Below are positions 15,800 to 24,629 of a DNA stretch of 32,000 nucleotides, piece by piece (within the stretch, counting starts at the first letter, position 1; every line of letters begins with the position of its first letter). This stretch comes from Megasphaera elsdenii DSM 20460 (GTDB lineage: Bacteria; Bacillota; Negativicutes; Veillonellales; Megasphaeraceae). The stretch covers positions 1,710,001-1,742,000 of the forward strand of contig NZ_CP027570.1 in NCBI RefSeq assembly GCF_003010495.1. The letters run 5' to 3'. The position numbers and the translations under genes were made by a program. Below the pieces are notes generated by a model, which saw nothing but the letters and a program-made list of their open reading frames with translations, had not been told where the DNA came from and did not search any database.

Positions 15800-18595
15800 A
15801 TGGATTACGGTAAGACTTTACATCTGCCTCAGACCGATTTCCCCATGCGCGGCAACTTGCCGAAACGGGAACCGGACTTTTTGAAATTCTGGCAGGACAA
15901 CAAGATTTATGAAAAACGCTTGAAGAAACGGGACGGTGCGCCCAAGTTTATTCTTCACGACGGTCCTCCGTATGCCAATGGCAAAATCCACATCGGCCAT
16001 GCATTGAATAAAGTATTAAAAGATATTATCCTCAAATATAAGACCCAGCAGGGCTGCTACACGAAATACGTTCCCGGCTGGGATACGCACGGCCTTCCTA
16101 TCGAACATGCCGTCATCAAAGATACGGGCTTGAACCGCCACGAAATGGCACCGCTCGACTTGCGCGCCAAATGCCGTGACTACGCCTTGGCCCGCGTAGA
16201 AGAACAGAAGAAAGACTTTATCCGCCTCGGCGTCCTCGGTGATTGGGACCATCCGTACCTGACCTTGCGCAAACCCGTCGAAGTCGCTCAGATCGGTGTC
16301 TTTGGCGAAATGGCCAAGAAAGGCTATATCTACAAAGGCCTGAAGACTGTTTACTGGTGCCCGCACTGCGAAACGGCCCTGGCTGAAGCTGAAATCGAAT
16401 ACAAGGATGATAAGTCCTTCTCCATTTACGTTAAATTCAAGTCCGTCGACCTCAATTGCCATATGCCGAAAGGCGCTGACCCGGACAAAGTCTTCGCCCT
16501 CATTTGGACGACGACGCCTTGGACCATTCCTTGCAACGTTGCCATCAGTGCCAACGAAAACTTTGAATACGTCTGGGTCCGCATCGGCGATGAATACCTG
16601 CTCATGGCCAAAGATTTGGTCGAACCGACCATGAAAGCTGGCAAAGTCGAAGACTACGAAGTCCTGCCGGACGTCATGACAGGCAAGCAGCTCGAAGGCT
16701 TGGTCTTCAAGCATCCCTTCTACGACCGCAAGGTTCCCATCATCCTCGGCGACCACGTCACGCTCGAAGCTGGTACCGGCCTCGTCCATACCGCTCCGGA
16801 CCATGGCCAGGACGACTTTGATGTCTGCAAGAAATATGCTGCTTGGGGCCTCAAACCGTTGGGTACTGTCGACGGCACAGGCCGTTATACCGACAAGGTT
16901 CCTGGTTTTGAAGGTCAGTTTGTCTTCGATACGAACGTACCGGTCATCAAAAAATTAGCTGAACTGGGCGCCCTTTTTGCCAAGAGCACTTTCCGCCATC
17001 AGTATCCGCACTGCTGGCGCTGCAAGGAACCGATCATCTACCGCGCTACGGAACAGTGGTTTGCTTCGGTTGACGGTTTCCGCCAGAAAGCACTCGACGC
17101 AATCGATACAGTCAAATGGATTCCGTCCTGGGGCCACGACCGCATTTACAACATGATTCACGACCGCGGTGACTGGTGCATTTCCCGTCAGCGTGTCTGG
17201 GGCGTGCCTATTCCTATCTTCTACTGCGAAGACTGCGGGGAACACATCATCAACGACGAAACCATCGCTCACTTGCAGAAGATGTTTGCCGAAGAAGGGT
17301 CCGATACGTGGTGGATGCACGACGTCAAGGAACTCATGCCGGAAGGCTATAAATGCCCGCACTGCGGCGGTACACACTTCCGCAAGGAAACGGATATCAT
17401 GGACGTCTGGTTCGACAGCGGCTGCACCCATCAGGGCGTACTGAAAAACGATCCGGACCTCGATTATCCCTGCGAAATGTACCTGGAAGGCTCGGACCAG
17501 CATCGCGGCTGGTTCAACAGCTCCCTGCTCACGTCGGTCGCTGTCAACGGCTATGCACCGTATAAATCGGTTTTGACCCACGGCTTCACCGTCGACGGCG
17601 AAGGCCGCAAGATGAGTAAATCTGTCGGCAACACCGTCGCTCCCCAGGAAGTCATCGAAAAATATGGTGCTGATGTCCTCCGCCTGTGGGTATCGTCGGC
17701 TGATTATCAGGGTGATATCCGCTTGTCGCCGAAGATCTTGAAACAGCTCTCCGACGTCTACCGCAAGATCCGCAACACCTTCCGTTACCTCCTGGGCAAC
17801 CTGGCTGACTTCGATCCGGCTAAGGATATGATTGCCTACCAGGACATGACGGACCTCGATAAATGGGCTCTCCTGCGCCTGGAACAGGTCTTCGAAGAAG
17901 TTACCGACGCTTATGAAAATTACCAGTTCCACGTCATGTACCACGCTATCCACAACTTCTGCACCGTCGATTTGAGTGCCATGTACCTGGATGTCATCAA
18001 AGACCGCCTGTACACGGAAAAGGCTGATTCCCAGATCCGCCGCAGCGCCCAGTCGGCTATGTACGTCATCCTCGATACGCTGGTCAAGATCGTCGCACCG
18101 GTCCTGTCCTTCACGGCAGAAGAAGTATGGCAGAACATGCCGGCTGTCGAAGGCAAGGAAGAAAGTGTCCTCCTCACGGATTGGCCGAAAGCTCATAAAG
18201 AATACCTCGACGCCGACCTCGATGCCCGCTGGGCTCAGTTCTTGTCGTACCGCCGCGATTTGACGCGTGTCCTCGAAGGCGCTCGTAAAGAACACAAGAT
18301 CGGCCATGCTCTCGACGCTGCCGTCACTATCTATGCCGATGGCGAAGATTACGATTTCCTCAGCCAGTGGCAGGATCAGCTGGCTACGCTGCTCATCGTC
18401 AGCGAAGCCAAACTGGTCAAAGGCGAAGCTCCGGCTGATGCCGTTGCCGGTGAAGACCATGCTGATATGAAAGTCGTCGTCGTCCCGTCGACAGCTGAAA
18501 AATGCGAACGCTGCTGGATCCACAGCGATACCGTCGGCTCTGACCCAAATCACCCGACCCTCTGCGCCCGCTGCGCCGCCGTATTAAGTGAATAA
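15800..18595 (+). CDS. ileS: Isoleucine--tRNA ligase
   Basis: The HIGH region is PYANGKIHIGHALN and the KMSKS motif is GRKMSKSVGN. A CP1 editing insertion and a C-terminal Zn finger (CERCW...CARC) are present. The protein is 931 aa. Confidence 0.97.
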   Translation: MDYGKTLHLPQTDFPMRGNLPKREPDFLKFWQDNKIYEKRLKKRDGAPKFILHDGPPYANGKIHIGHALNKVLKDIILKYKTQQGCYTKYVPGWDTHGLPIEHAVIKDTGLNRHEMAPLDLRAKCRDYALARVEEQKKDFIRLGVLGDWDHPYLTLRKPVEVAQIGVFGEMAKKGYIYKGLKTVYWCPHCETALAEAEIEYKDDKSFSIYVKFKSVDLNCHMPKGADPDKVFALIWTTTPWTIPCNVAISANENFEYVWVRIGDEYLLMAKDLVEPTMKAGKVEDYEVLPDVMTGKQLEGLVFKHPFYDRKVPIILGDHVTLEAGTGLVHTAPDHGQDDFDVCKKYAAWGLKPLGTVDGTGRYTDKVPGFEGQFVFDTNVPVIKKLAELGALFAKSTFRHQYPHCWRCKEPIIYRATEQWFASVDGFRQKALDAIDTVKWIPSWGHDRIYNMIHDRGDWCISRQRVWGVPIPIFYCEDCGEHIINDETIAHLQKMFAEEGSDTWWMHDVKELMPEGYKCPHCGGTHFRKETDIMDVWFDSGCTHQGVLKNDPDLDYPCEMYLEGSDQHRGWFNSSLLTSVAVNGYAPYKSVLTHGFTVDGEGRKMSKSVGNTVAPQEVIEKYGADVLRLWVSSADYQGDIRLSPKILKQLSDVYRKIRNTFRYLLGNLADFDPAKDMIAYQDMTDLDKWALLRLEQVFEEVTDAYENYQFHVMYHAIHNFCTVDLSAMYLDVIKDRLYTEKADSQIRRSAQSAMYVILDTLVKIVAPVLSFTAEEVWQNMPAVEGKEESVLLTDWPKAHKEYLDADLDARWAQFLSYRRDLTRVLEGARKEHKIGHALDAAVTIYADGEDYDFLSQWQDQLATLLIVSEAKLVKGEAPADAVAGEDHADMKVVVVPSTAEKCERCWIHSDTVGSDPNHPTLCARCAAVLSE

Positions 18596-18605
18596 AAGTT
18601 GAATG

Positions 18606-18641
18606 AAAAAGGCGCTGTCCCATGAAGACAGCGCCTTTTTT
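18606..18641 (+). terminator. ileS intrinsic terminator
   Basis: AAAAA is followed by GGCGCTGTC (18611-18619), loop CCATGAA, GACAGCGCC (18627-18635) and TTTTTT. Confidence 0.9.
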
Positions 18642-18643
18642 AG

Positions 18644-20541
18644 GTGCGCCCGGCATGGGCGCACTCTAATGGGTGAAAGTCCCTAAGCCGCCCGGTAGCG
18701 GGAAGGCTATAGCCAGAACCAAGGGTGTCCATCGTGAGATGGAATCTGAAGGAAGGTCGAGGCAAATCTCTGGTCTGACGAACAGAAATCACATAAGGCT
18801 AGTCATGGGGATAAGGCCGCCTAACAGGTTGAAGTCCCATAGCTACACGGAACCATGAATAGTAGATGTGGCAGACACATGGAGAGAAAGAGTGCGTTCT
18901 TACCCGGGGAGGCCTCATGGACATGATGGTGCCATATAGATTGGACATCATGGTTGAAATAAGATTTATCATGAGGAGTCAGCCGAGGCCATAGTACCTT
19001 ATGGGCTATAGACCATGAGGAAAGGGCCGAATCCTAGGAGATGTTAGTTAATGAAAGTAACCAATCATGGAATGAAAGACAGAAAACTTCATCAAGAAGG
19101 CTGTCCACAAAAAGAGGTTGCGGAACAATCGGGATATGTGGAAGCGTCTGCCCATGCGAGGATTGCTGAACACAACGACATCATTGCAAGCTTGCCAGCG
19201 GACAGTCTGTTGAAGCAGATTTTATCACGAGACAACTTAAATGGTGCCTATAAGAAGGTAAAGTCTAATCGAGGAACCGGCGGGGTCGACAGGATGAGTG
19301 TAGATGAACTTCTACCCTACCTGCGGGAACATCGCCTGGACCTCCTTCAGCAAATACGGAATGGGAAATATAAGCCCCAGCCAGTCCGTCGGGTTGAAAT
19401 ACCCAAAGAGGAAAAAGGGAAATTCCGGAAATTAGGAATCCCTACGGTCGTAGACCGCATGATACAACAGGCGATTACGCAGGTTCTTGTGCCTATCTAC
19501 GAGCCACAGTTTTCAGATAGCAGTTTCGGGTTCCGTCCCAAACGGGGCGCCCACGATGCGTTGAAACAATGCCAGGCCTATGCAGATGAGGGCTATGTCT
19601 ACGTCGTAGACATGGACTTGGAGAAATTTTTCGACAATGTCTGCCAAAGCAAATTGATAGAAGTTCTGTCAAGGAGCGTAAAAGACGGCCGGGTCATCTC
19701 GCTGATACACCAATATCTCCATGCTGGTGTTATCCGGCATGGGATGTTCGAACGAAGTGAACAGGGGGTTCCCCAAGGAGGGCCATTGAGTCCGCTCTTG
19801 AGTAACATCATGCTGAATGAGCTGGATAAGGAGCTGGAACGGCGCGGACATAAATTTGTCCGCTATGCAGATGACTGCATGATACTCTGCAAAAGCAGAA
19901 GAAGTGCCGAAAGGACCTTGGAAAGCATCACTCGATATATTGAGAAGAAATTATTTCTCAAGGTGAATCGAAATAAGACGCACGTAGCCCACATCCGCTA
20001 TGTTAAATATCTGGGATATGGCTTCTACCGAAAGAATGGAAAATGCCGACTCCGGGTGCATCCGAAATCCATTACTAAGATGAAAGACCGTTTGCGGTTT
20101 ATATTGAAACGAAGCAATGGAAAAGGAAACGAAGTGAGAGCCCTTCTATTGAAACGATTCATAAAGGGATGGGTGAATTACTTTAAACTAGCGAATATGA
20201 AGGAACTGCTAATTCAAATTGACAGATGGATTCGACGCAAAATACGAACCATATACTGGAAACAATGGAAGAAGGTACGGACGAAACACCGGATGATAAG
20301 CCAATACGGCGCGCCCAAGTGGGTAGTGTTGGAAATGGCTAACTGCCGAAAAGGTCCGTGGCGAGCAGCGGCAATGCTGAACTCAGTTCTTACGAATAAA
20401 GAAATAGCCCGCCTTGGCTACATAACCATGACGAGCTATTACAAGCAAGTATGCGAAAACTAGGAAACCGCCGTGTACCGAACGGTACGCACGGTGGTGT
20501 GAGAGGTCGGGATTTCTACTCAGAAATCCCTCCTACTCGAT
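18644..20541 (+). mobile_element. Group II intron (bacterial class-C-like), full length with intron-encoded protein
   Basis: The 5' end is GTGCG at 18644. The ORF lies in domain IV. Domain V is CCGCCGTGTACCGAACGGTACGCACGGTGG (20468-20497), with a CGC triad and a 2-nt bulge. Domain VI has a 9-bp helix GGGATTTCT/AGAAATCCC and a bulged A at 20535. The 3' end is AT at about 20540-20541 (uncertain by a few nt). Insertion 8 nt past a terminator stem is the class C hallmark. Confidence 0.85.
19051..20463 (+). CDS. Group II intron reverse transcriptase/maturase (no endonuclease domain)
   Basis: RT blocks are present (GVDRMSVDEL, RRVEIPKEEKGKFRKLGIPTVVDRMIQQA, FGFRPKRGAHDAL, GVPQGGPLSPLLSNIML, YADD in VRYADDCMILC). 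A maturase X region follows (GWVNYFKLA). The protein ends without an HNH/En domain. Confidence 0.93.
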   Translation: MKVTNHGMKDRKLHQEGCPQKEVAEQSGYVEASAHARIAEHNDIIASLPADSLLKQILSRDNLNGAYKKVKSNRGTGGVDRMSVDELLPYLREHRLDLLQQIRNGKYKPQPVRRVEIPKEEKGKFRKLGIPTVVDRMIQQAITQVLVPIYEPQFSDSSFGFRPKRGAHDALKQCQAYADEGYVYVVDMDLEKFFDNVCQSKLIEVLSRSVKDGRVISLIHQYLHAGVIRHGMFERSEQGVPQGGPLSPLLSNIMLNELDKELERRGHKFVRYADDCMILCKSRRSAERTLESITRYIEKKLFLKVNRNKTHVAHIRYVKYLGYGFYRKNGKCRLRVHPKSITKMKDRLRFILKRSNGKGNEVRALLLKRFIKGWVNYFKLANMKELLIQIDRWIRRKIRTIYWKQWKKVRTKHRMISQYGAPKWVVLEMANCRKGPWRAAAMLNSVLTNKEIARLGYITMTSYYKQVCEN

Positions 20542-20542
20542 T

Positions 20543-20555
20543 GGCTCGTGGCTAG
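20543..20555 (-). repeat. Heptads in reverse orientation (GGCTCGT GGCTAG)
   Basis: This is the reverse complement of the CTAGCCA CGAGCC units seen at 11176-11189. It lies immediately 3' of the intron. Confidence 0.6.
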
Positions 20556-20634
20556 CCCATTATTAGAATTGGCGTATCTCGTTTTCGTGAATATTTTCAG
20601 GACGGGCGCCTCACGTGGTCGGCCCTATAGGGCA

Positions 20635-20648
20635 CGAACCACTATCAT
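20635..20648 (+). repeat. Heptads CGAACCA CTATCAT
   Basis: They are preceded by the small hairpin GCCC-TATA-GGGC (20622-20633). Confidence 0.5.
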
Positions 20649-20837
20649 ACTCACCTATTCCTAAAAGTTATTGGTAAAAGTTTCACAAATGTAGTATCCT
20701 GTACATGTGATTCGGGTTGGACGGAATCTTTTGGATCCGTACCGTATAAAATCCGGGTCATCAATCTATCATAATTTTATAGCATATCGCTTGGATCGAA
20801 AGACCGGGACGAATTCTTGTAAACGTAGGCTTTTTAC

Positions 20838-20868
20838 GCGCATTCCCGGGTGGAGTGCGCTTTTTTTT
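20838..20868 (+). terminator. Intrinsic terminator or attenuator immediately upstream of the panG-like/panB RBS
   Basis: GCGCATTCC (20838-20846) pairs with GGAGTGCGC (20852-20860), 9 bp with 1 mismatch. The loop is CGGGT, followed by eight T (20861-20868). The RBS GAGGGAG follows directly. Confidence 0.7.
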
Positions 20869-20880
20869 GAGGGAGTTATC

Positions 20881-21777
20881 ATGCGTTTAGGTATTATCGG
20901 CGCCGGCAGAGTCGGCGCTTCTTTTGTTTTAGCTTTTCCTTCTGCTGTGGAAGGCATCCTTTGTTCTACAGCAGAACATACACAGGAGCAGGCTGCCCGG
21001 CTCCATGCCACGGCCTATACTGATGGCGCTGACCTCATCCGGCACTGCGATGTCCTGCTGCTGACAGTGCGCGACGATGTCCTGGCTCCCGTGAGCCGTG
21101 AGCTGGCGGCTTCTTTGAAAGGGGAGCGCCAGTTGTCTGACCGCTGCGTATTCCATTGCAGCGGTGCTATGGATTTATCACCCCTCGAAGCGCTGGCTTC
21201 TTTGGGAATCCATACAGGGAGCATCCATCCGCTGCAAAGTTTTGCCGAACCGTCAGCGGAACGGCTGAAGGGGATTTACATGGCTGTCGACGGGGACGAA
21301 CAGGCCCGGGGGGGTGCAGAAAACATCGTCCGTACCTTGGGAAGTACGCCTTTTTTCGTGCCGCCTGAAGAACGGATGCTCTACCATGCAGCAGCCTGTT
21401 TCTGTTCCAATTACGTCGTGACGGCCCTGGCCCTGGCTCAGCAGCTCATGCGACGCTGGACAGAGAGTGACGGCGATGCGGCAAAGGCACTCATGCCGCT
21501 CGTCGATGGGACTTTGCAGAATGTCCGGGAACGAAAGGTCTGGCGGACGGCCTTGACGGGACCTGTGTCCCGCGGTGATGCCGGTACTGTCGTCAAGCAT
21601 TTGGCGGTCATGCCGGCTGAACTGATACATCCGTACTGCGCTTTTGGCCGTGCCGCCGCCGACTTAGCCTTAAAGAACGAAACGATTACAGCACAACAGC
21701 ACGACGAGCTGACAAGAATCCTTGCGATGGCAGAAGGAGTCCATCATGAACAAAAAAGTAACCAATCTGACCATTAA
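20881..21777 (+). CDS. Rossmann plus DUF2520-type protein (COG5495), putative PanG-type ketopantoate reductase
   Basis: MRLGIIGAGRVGASF is the dinucleotide fold. The family-typical motifs IHPLQSF, LYHAAACFCSNY and LTGPVSRGD are present. The gene overlaps panB by 32 nt. The track start at 20707 is an upstream extension through the leader. Confidence 0.65.
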   Translation: MRLGIIGAGRVGASFVLAFPSAVEGILCSTAEHTQEQAARLHATAYTDGADLIRHCDVLLLTVRDDVLAPVSRELAASLKGERQLSDRCVFHCSGAMDLSPLEALASLGIHTGSIHPLQSFAEPSAERLKGIYMAVDGDEQARGGAENIVRTLGSTPFFVPPEERMLYHAAACFCSNYVVTALALAQQLMRRWTESDGDAAKALMPLVDGTLQNVRERKVWRTALTGPVSRGDAGTVVKHLAVMPAELIHPYCAFGRAAADLALKNETITAQQHDELTRILAMAEGVHHEQKSNQSDH

Positions 21778-22585
21778 GAAAATGAAACAAGAAGGCACGC
21801 CGATTTCCATGATTACCGCTTATGACTACATCATGGCTCAGAATGTCGATGAAGCCGGTATCGATATGATCCTCGTCGGCGATTCCCTGGGCAATGTCGT
21901 CATGGGCCATACATCGACGCTGCCGGTCACCATGGAAGATATGATCCATCACACGGCGGCTGTCGTCCGTGGTGTCAAACGGGCCCTGGTCGTCGGTGAC
22001 ATGCCTTTCATGAGTTATCAGGAAAGCACCCAGCAGGCCCTGCATAACGCCGGCCGCCTCATGAAAGAAACGGGCTGCGATGCCGTCAAGCTCGAAGGCG
22101 GCGCCAGTGTCTGCGAAGCTGTCAAAGCCATGACGACAGCCGGCATCCCCGTCGTCGGCCACATCGGCCTGACACCGCAGTCCGTCCATCAGCTCGGCGG
22201 CTTCCGCGTCCAGGGGAAGAACAGCGAAACGGCAAAGCAACTGATTGCCGATGCGTTGAAACTGGAGGCAGCCGGTGCCTTTGCTATCACCTTGGAATGT
22301 GTCCCGACGGATATCGCTACGGAAATCACCAAAGCCCTCCACACGGCAGCTACCATCGGCATCGGCGCCGGTAACGGTACGGATGGCCAGGTCCTGGTAT
22401 GCACGGACCTCTTGGGCATGAGCAGCGGCTTCCGTCCGAAATTCGTCAAGACCTATGCCGACCTCCATCAGACCATCGTCGATGCCGTAGGCCAGTACAT
22501 CCACGACGTCAAAGACCGCAGCTTCCCTGACGAAGCCCACGGCTTCGCCGTAGACCCGGAAGTCGTCAAAGCCATGAAAGAATAG
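21746..22585 (+). CDS. panB: 3-methyl-2-oxobutanoate hydroxymethyltransferase
   Basis: PISMITAYDY, ILVGDSLGNVVMGH, VKLEGG and GHIGLTPQS are present. The RBS GAAGGAG lies upstream of ATG 21746. Confidence 0.93.
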   Translation: MNKKVTNLTIKKMKQEGTPISMITAYDYIMAQNVDEAGIDMILVGDSLGNVVMGHTSTLPVTMEDMIHHTAAVVRGVKRALVVGDMPFMSYQESTQQALHNAGRLMKETGCDAVKLEGGASVCEAVKAMTTAGIPVVGHIGLTPQSVHQLGGFRVQGKNSETAKQLIADALKLEAAGAFAITLECVPTDIATEITKALHTAATIGIGAGNGTDGQVLVCTDLLGMSSGFRPKFVKTYADLHQTIVDAVGQYIHDVKDRSFPDEAHGFAVDPEVVKAMKE

Positions 22586-22664
22586 GAAAGTATGCTATTC
22601 ATTCATATAATGAAAACGACCTTTGCTATACAGTTATAAAACATAGCTAAATGGTATATTCCGT

Positions 22665-22693
22665 TTGACTTGCGTATATAATCATTGTACAAT
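22665..22693 (+). promoter_or_regulatory. Candidate promoter upstream of transketolase genes (TTGACT-17-TACAAT)
   Basis: TTGACT lies at 22665-22670 and TACAAT at 22688-22693. Confidence 0.55.
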
Positions 22694-22748
22694 AAACTCA
22701 AGAAATGGAAACGAACAAAAGAGGTCGTATGTCCGAACGCACGCGTAT

Positions 22749-22783
22749 CGCCGCCAGACATAGGGGGTACGCGGCGTTTTTTT
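22749..22783 (+). terminator. Terminator-like hairpin in the transketolase leader (or a distal panB terminator)
   Basis: CGCCGC (22749-22754) pairs with GCGGCG (22771-22776) across a 16-nt loop, followed by seven T. It lies 30 nt before the tkt start codon. Confidence 0.5.
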
Positions 22784-22814
22784 CTTGACGGCCTGACATA
22801 GGAGGCTATGCTTC

Positions 22815-23636
22815 ATGAAGCATGATCTACATGACGTGTGTACGCAGATACGGCGGGATACGGTGCGGTCTATTTACCGTGCCGGCTCTGGCCATCCCGG
22901 CAGCTCGCTGTCGGCTGTCGAAATTATGGCAACACTTTATTTTACCGATGTCTTTACGTGTTTTCCCGACAGGCCCCATGCGCCGGAACGGGATCGTTTT
23001 GTCTTATCGAAAGGCCATGCTGCGCCGGCTTATTACAGTATTTTAGCGCATAAAGGCTATTTTTCCCTGGCATTGCTCGATACGCTGCGGACTGTCGGCA
23101 GCGCGCTCCAGGGGCATCCCAACCTGGAAAAACTGCCTTGTCTCGACTGCGCTGTCGGCTCTCTGGGGCAGGGCCTGTCCATTGCCAACGGTATCGCCCT
23201 GGCCTTGAAGATACGCCACGAAATGCCGCAGGTCTTCTGTCTCATCGGCGATGGGGAACAGCAGGAAGGCCAGATTTGGGAAGCCGCGGCCTTTGCGTCC
23301 CAGCACCATTTGGACAATGTTTGTCTGATTGTGGACTGCAACGGCTTACAGCTCGTCGATTCCCTGGTATCGATTAAAAATATGGAACCCATGGACGCCA
23401 AGTGGGAAAGCTTTGGCTGGCATGTCCTCCGCGTCGACGGTCACGATACGGATGCCTTGTATGAGGCCTACAGTGCGGCGAAAACTTATGAAGGCAAGCC
23501 GACGGTCATCCTGGCCCATACCGTGAAGGGCAAAGGCGTATCGTATATGGAAAATCAGGCTCAATGGCATGGTGCGGCACCGGATGAAGCCCAGTACCGC
23601 CTGGCTATGGATGAATTGACAACGGAGGTGCCGTAA
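22815..23636 (+). CDS. Transketolase, N-terminal (TPP-binding) subunit
   Basis: SGHPGSSLSAVEIMATLYF, LSKGHAAPAYY and GDGEQQEGQIWEAAAFA are present. The 273 aa size is typical of split transketolase. Confidence 0.92.
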   Translation: MKHDLHDVCTQIRRDTVRSIYRAGSGHPGSSLSAVEIMATLYFTDVFTCFPDRPHAPERDRFVLSKGHAAPAYYSILAHKGYFSLALLDTLRTVGSALQGHPNLEKLPCLDCAVGSLGQGLSIANGIALALKIRHEMPQVFCLIGDGEQQEGQIWEAAAFASQHHLDNVCLIVDCNGLQLVDSLVSIKNMEPMDAKWESFGWHVLRVDGHDTDALYEAYSAAKTYEGKPTVILAHTVKGKGVSYMENQAQWHGAAPDEAQYRLAMDELTTEVP

Positions 23637-24571
23637 TGGAACGAGTACCGATGCGCGACGGCTATGGGAAGGCCCTGTTGGAATTATGTCGTCTTCATGA
23701 CGATGTCCTGGTCCTCGATGCGGACGTCGCTAAATCGACGCGGACCGAATGGATCCGCCATGAATATCCTGAAAAATATATCAATGTTGGTATTTCGGAA
23801 CAAGACCTGGTCGGCACAGCGGCCGGTTTGTCTCTGACCGGTTTCGTACCTTTTGTTTCGACGTATGGCGTCTTTTTGACAGGCCGAGCCTGGGGGCAGA
23901 TCCGCAATACCGTCTGCTATAATAACCTCAACGTCAAACTCGGCGGGGCCCATGCCGGCATTTCCGTCGGCCCTGACGGGGCTACGCATCAAGCTTTGGA
24001 AGATATCGCCCTCATGCGGGTCATCCCGCATATGATGGTCATTACGCCGTGTGACTGGTGGGAAACGTATAAGGCTACCCTGGCTGTCTACGACATCAAG
24101 GGACCGTCCTATGTCCGCTTCGGCCGCAATCCGGCGCCCGTCGTTACCGATAAGGATACGCCTTTTGACCTCTACAAGGCAGCCATTTTCCGGGATGGCC
24201 GCGACGTGACGCTCTTCGCCAACGGCCTCATGGTCCATGAAGCCTTGACGGCGGCTGACGAACTGGATCGCCAAGGCATTTCGGCCCGCGTCGTCAATAT
24301 CCATACGGTGAAACCGCTGGATCTGGATACGGTCTGTACCTGTGCGGCCGAAACGGGGGCCGTCGTCGTCTGTGAAGAACACCAGATCATGGGCGGCCTG
24401 GGCGGCGCTATCTGCGAAGCCCTGGCTCAGCACTGCTGCGTCCCCGTAGAACTCGTCGGCATCCAGGACCGCTTCGGTGAATCAGGAAAACCGGACGATC
24501 TCCTGAAAGCCTATAATTTGTCGTCCAGTGACGTCATCCAGGCTGTCCACAAAGTGTTGAAGAGGAAGTGA
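23636..24571 (+). CDS. Transketolase, C-terminal (pyrimidine-binding) subunit
   Basis: VGISEQDLVGTAAGLS...GPDGATHQALEDIALMR is present. The start overlaps the upstream stop (TAATG). Confidence 0.92.
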   Translation: MERVPMRDGYGKALLELCRLHDDVLVLDADVAKSTRTEWIRHEYPEKYINVGISEQDLVGTAAGLSLTGFVPFVSTYGVFLTGRAWGQIRNTVCYNNLNVKLGGAHAGISVGPDGATHQALEDIALMRVIPHMMVITPCDWWETYKATLAVYDIKGPSYVRFGRNPAPVVTDKDTPFDLYKAAIFRDGRDVTLFANGLMVHEALTAADELDRQGISARVVNIHTVKPLDLDTVCTCAAETGAVVVCEEHQIMGGLGGAICEALAQHCCVPVELVGIQDRFGESGKPDDLLKAYNLSSSDVIQAVHKVLKRK

Positions 24572-24629
24572 AGTGGTTCGTGGCTCGTGATTCGCTAGCC
24601 ACTAGCCACTAACTGCTAACCACTAAAAA
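24572..24629. repeat. Head-to-head heptad array: 3 reverse units (GTGGTTC GTGGCTC GTGATTC) then 5 forward units (CTAGCCA CTAGCCA CTAACTG CTAACCA CTAAAAA)
   Basis: The array starts directly after the tkt stop codon. AGTGGTT (24572-24578) is the exact reverse complement of AACCACT (24618-24624). Confidence 0.85.

Noticed and set aside
15543-15800. An 85-aa ORF upstream of ileS.
   Set aside because: The region is a T-box leader RNA with specifier, T-box sequence and terminator all identifiable.
16016-18553. 262-aa and 532-aa minus-strand ORFs inside ileS.
   Set aside because: They are antisense shadows of a gene with unambiguous IleRS motifs, and they have no RBS or recognisable domains.
20464-20541. 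A separate small RNA or terminator just after the RT gene.
   Set aside because: The hairpins are domains V and VI of the group II intron itself.
22700-22814. A TPP riboswitch upstream of the TPP-dependent transketolase genes.
   Set aside because: The conserved THI-box elements (CTGAGA, ACCTGATCTGGATAATGCCAGCG-like core) are absent, and the leader is too short.
24572-24629. The heptad arrays, here and at the other loci, as CRISPR arrays or as a coding tandem repeat.
   Set aside because: The units are 7 nt with no spacers, and each array is only 14-58 nt long. A period of 7 is incompatible with coding. No cas genes are present.
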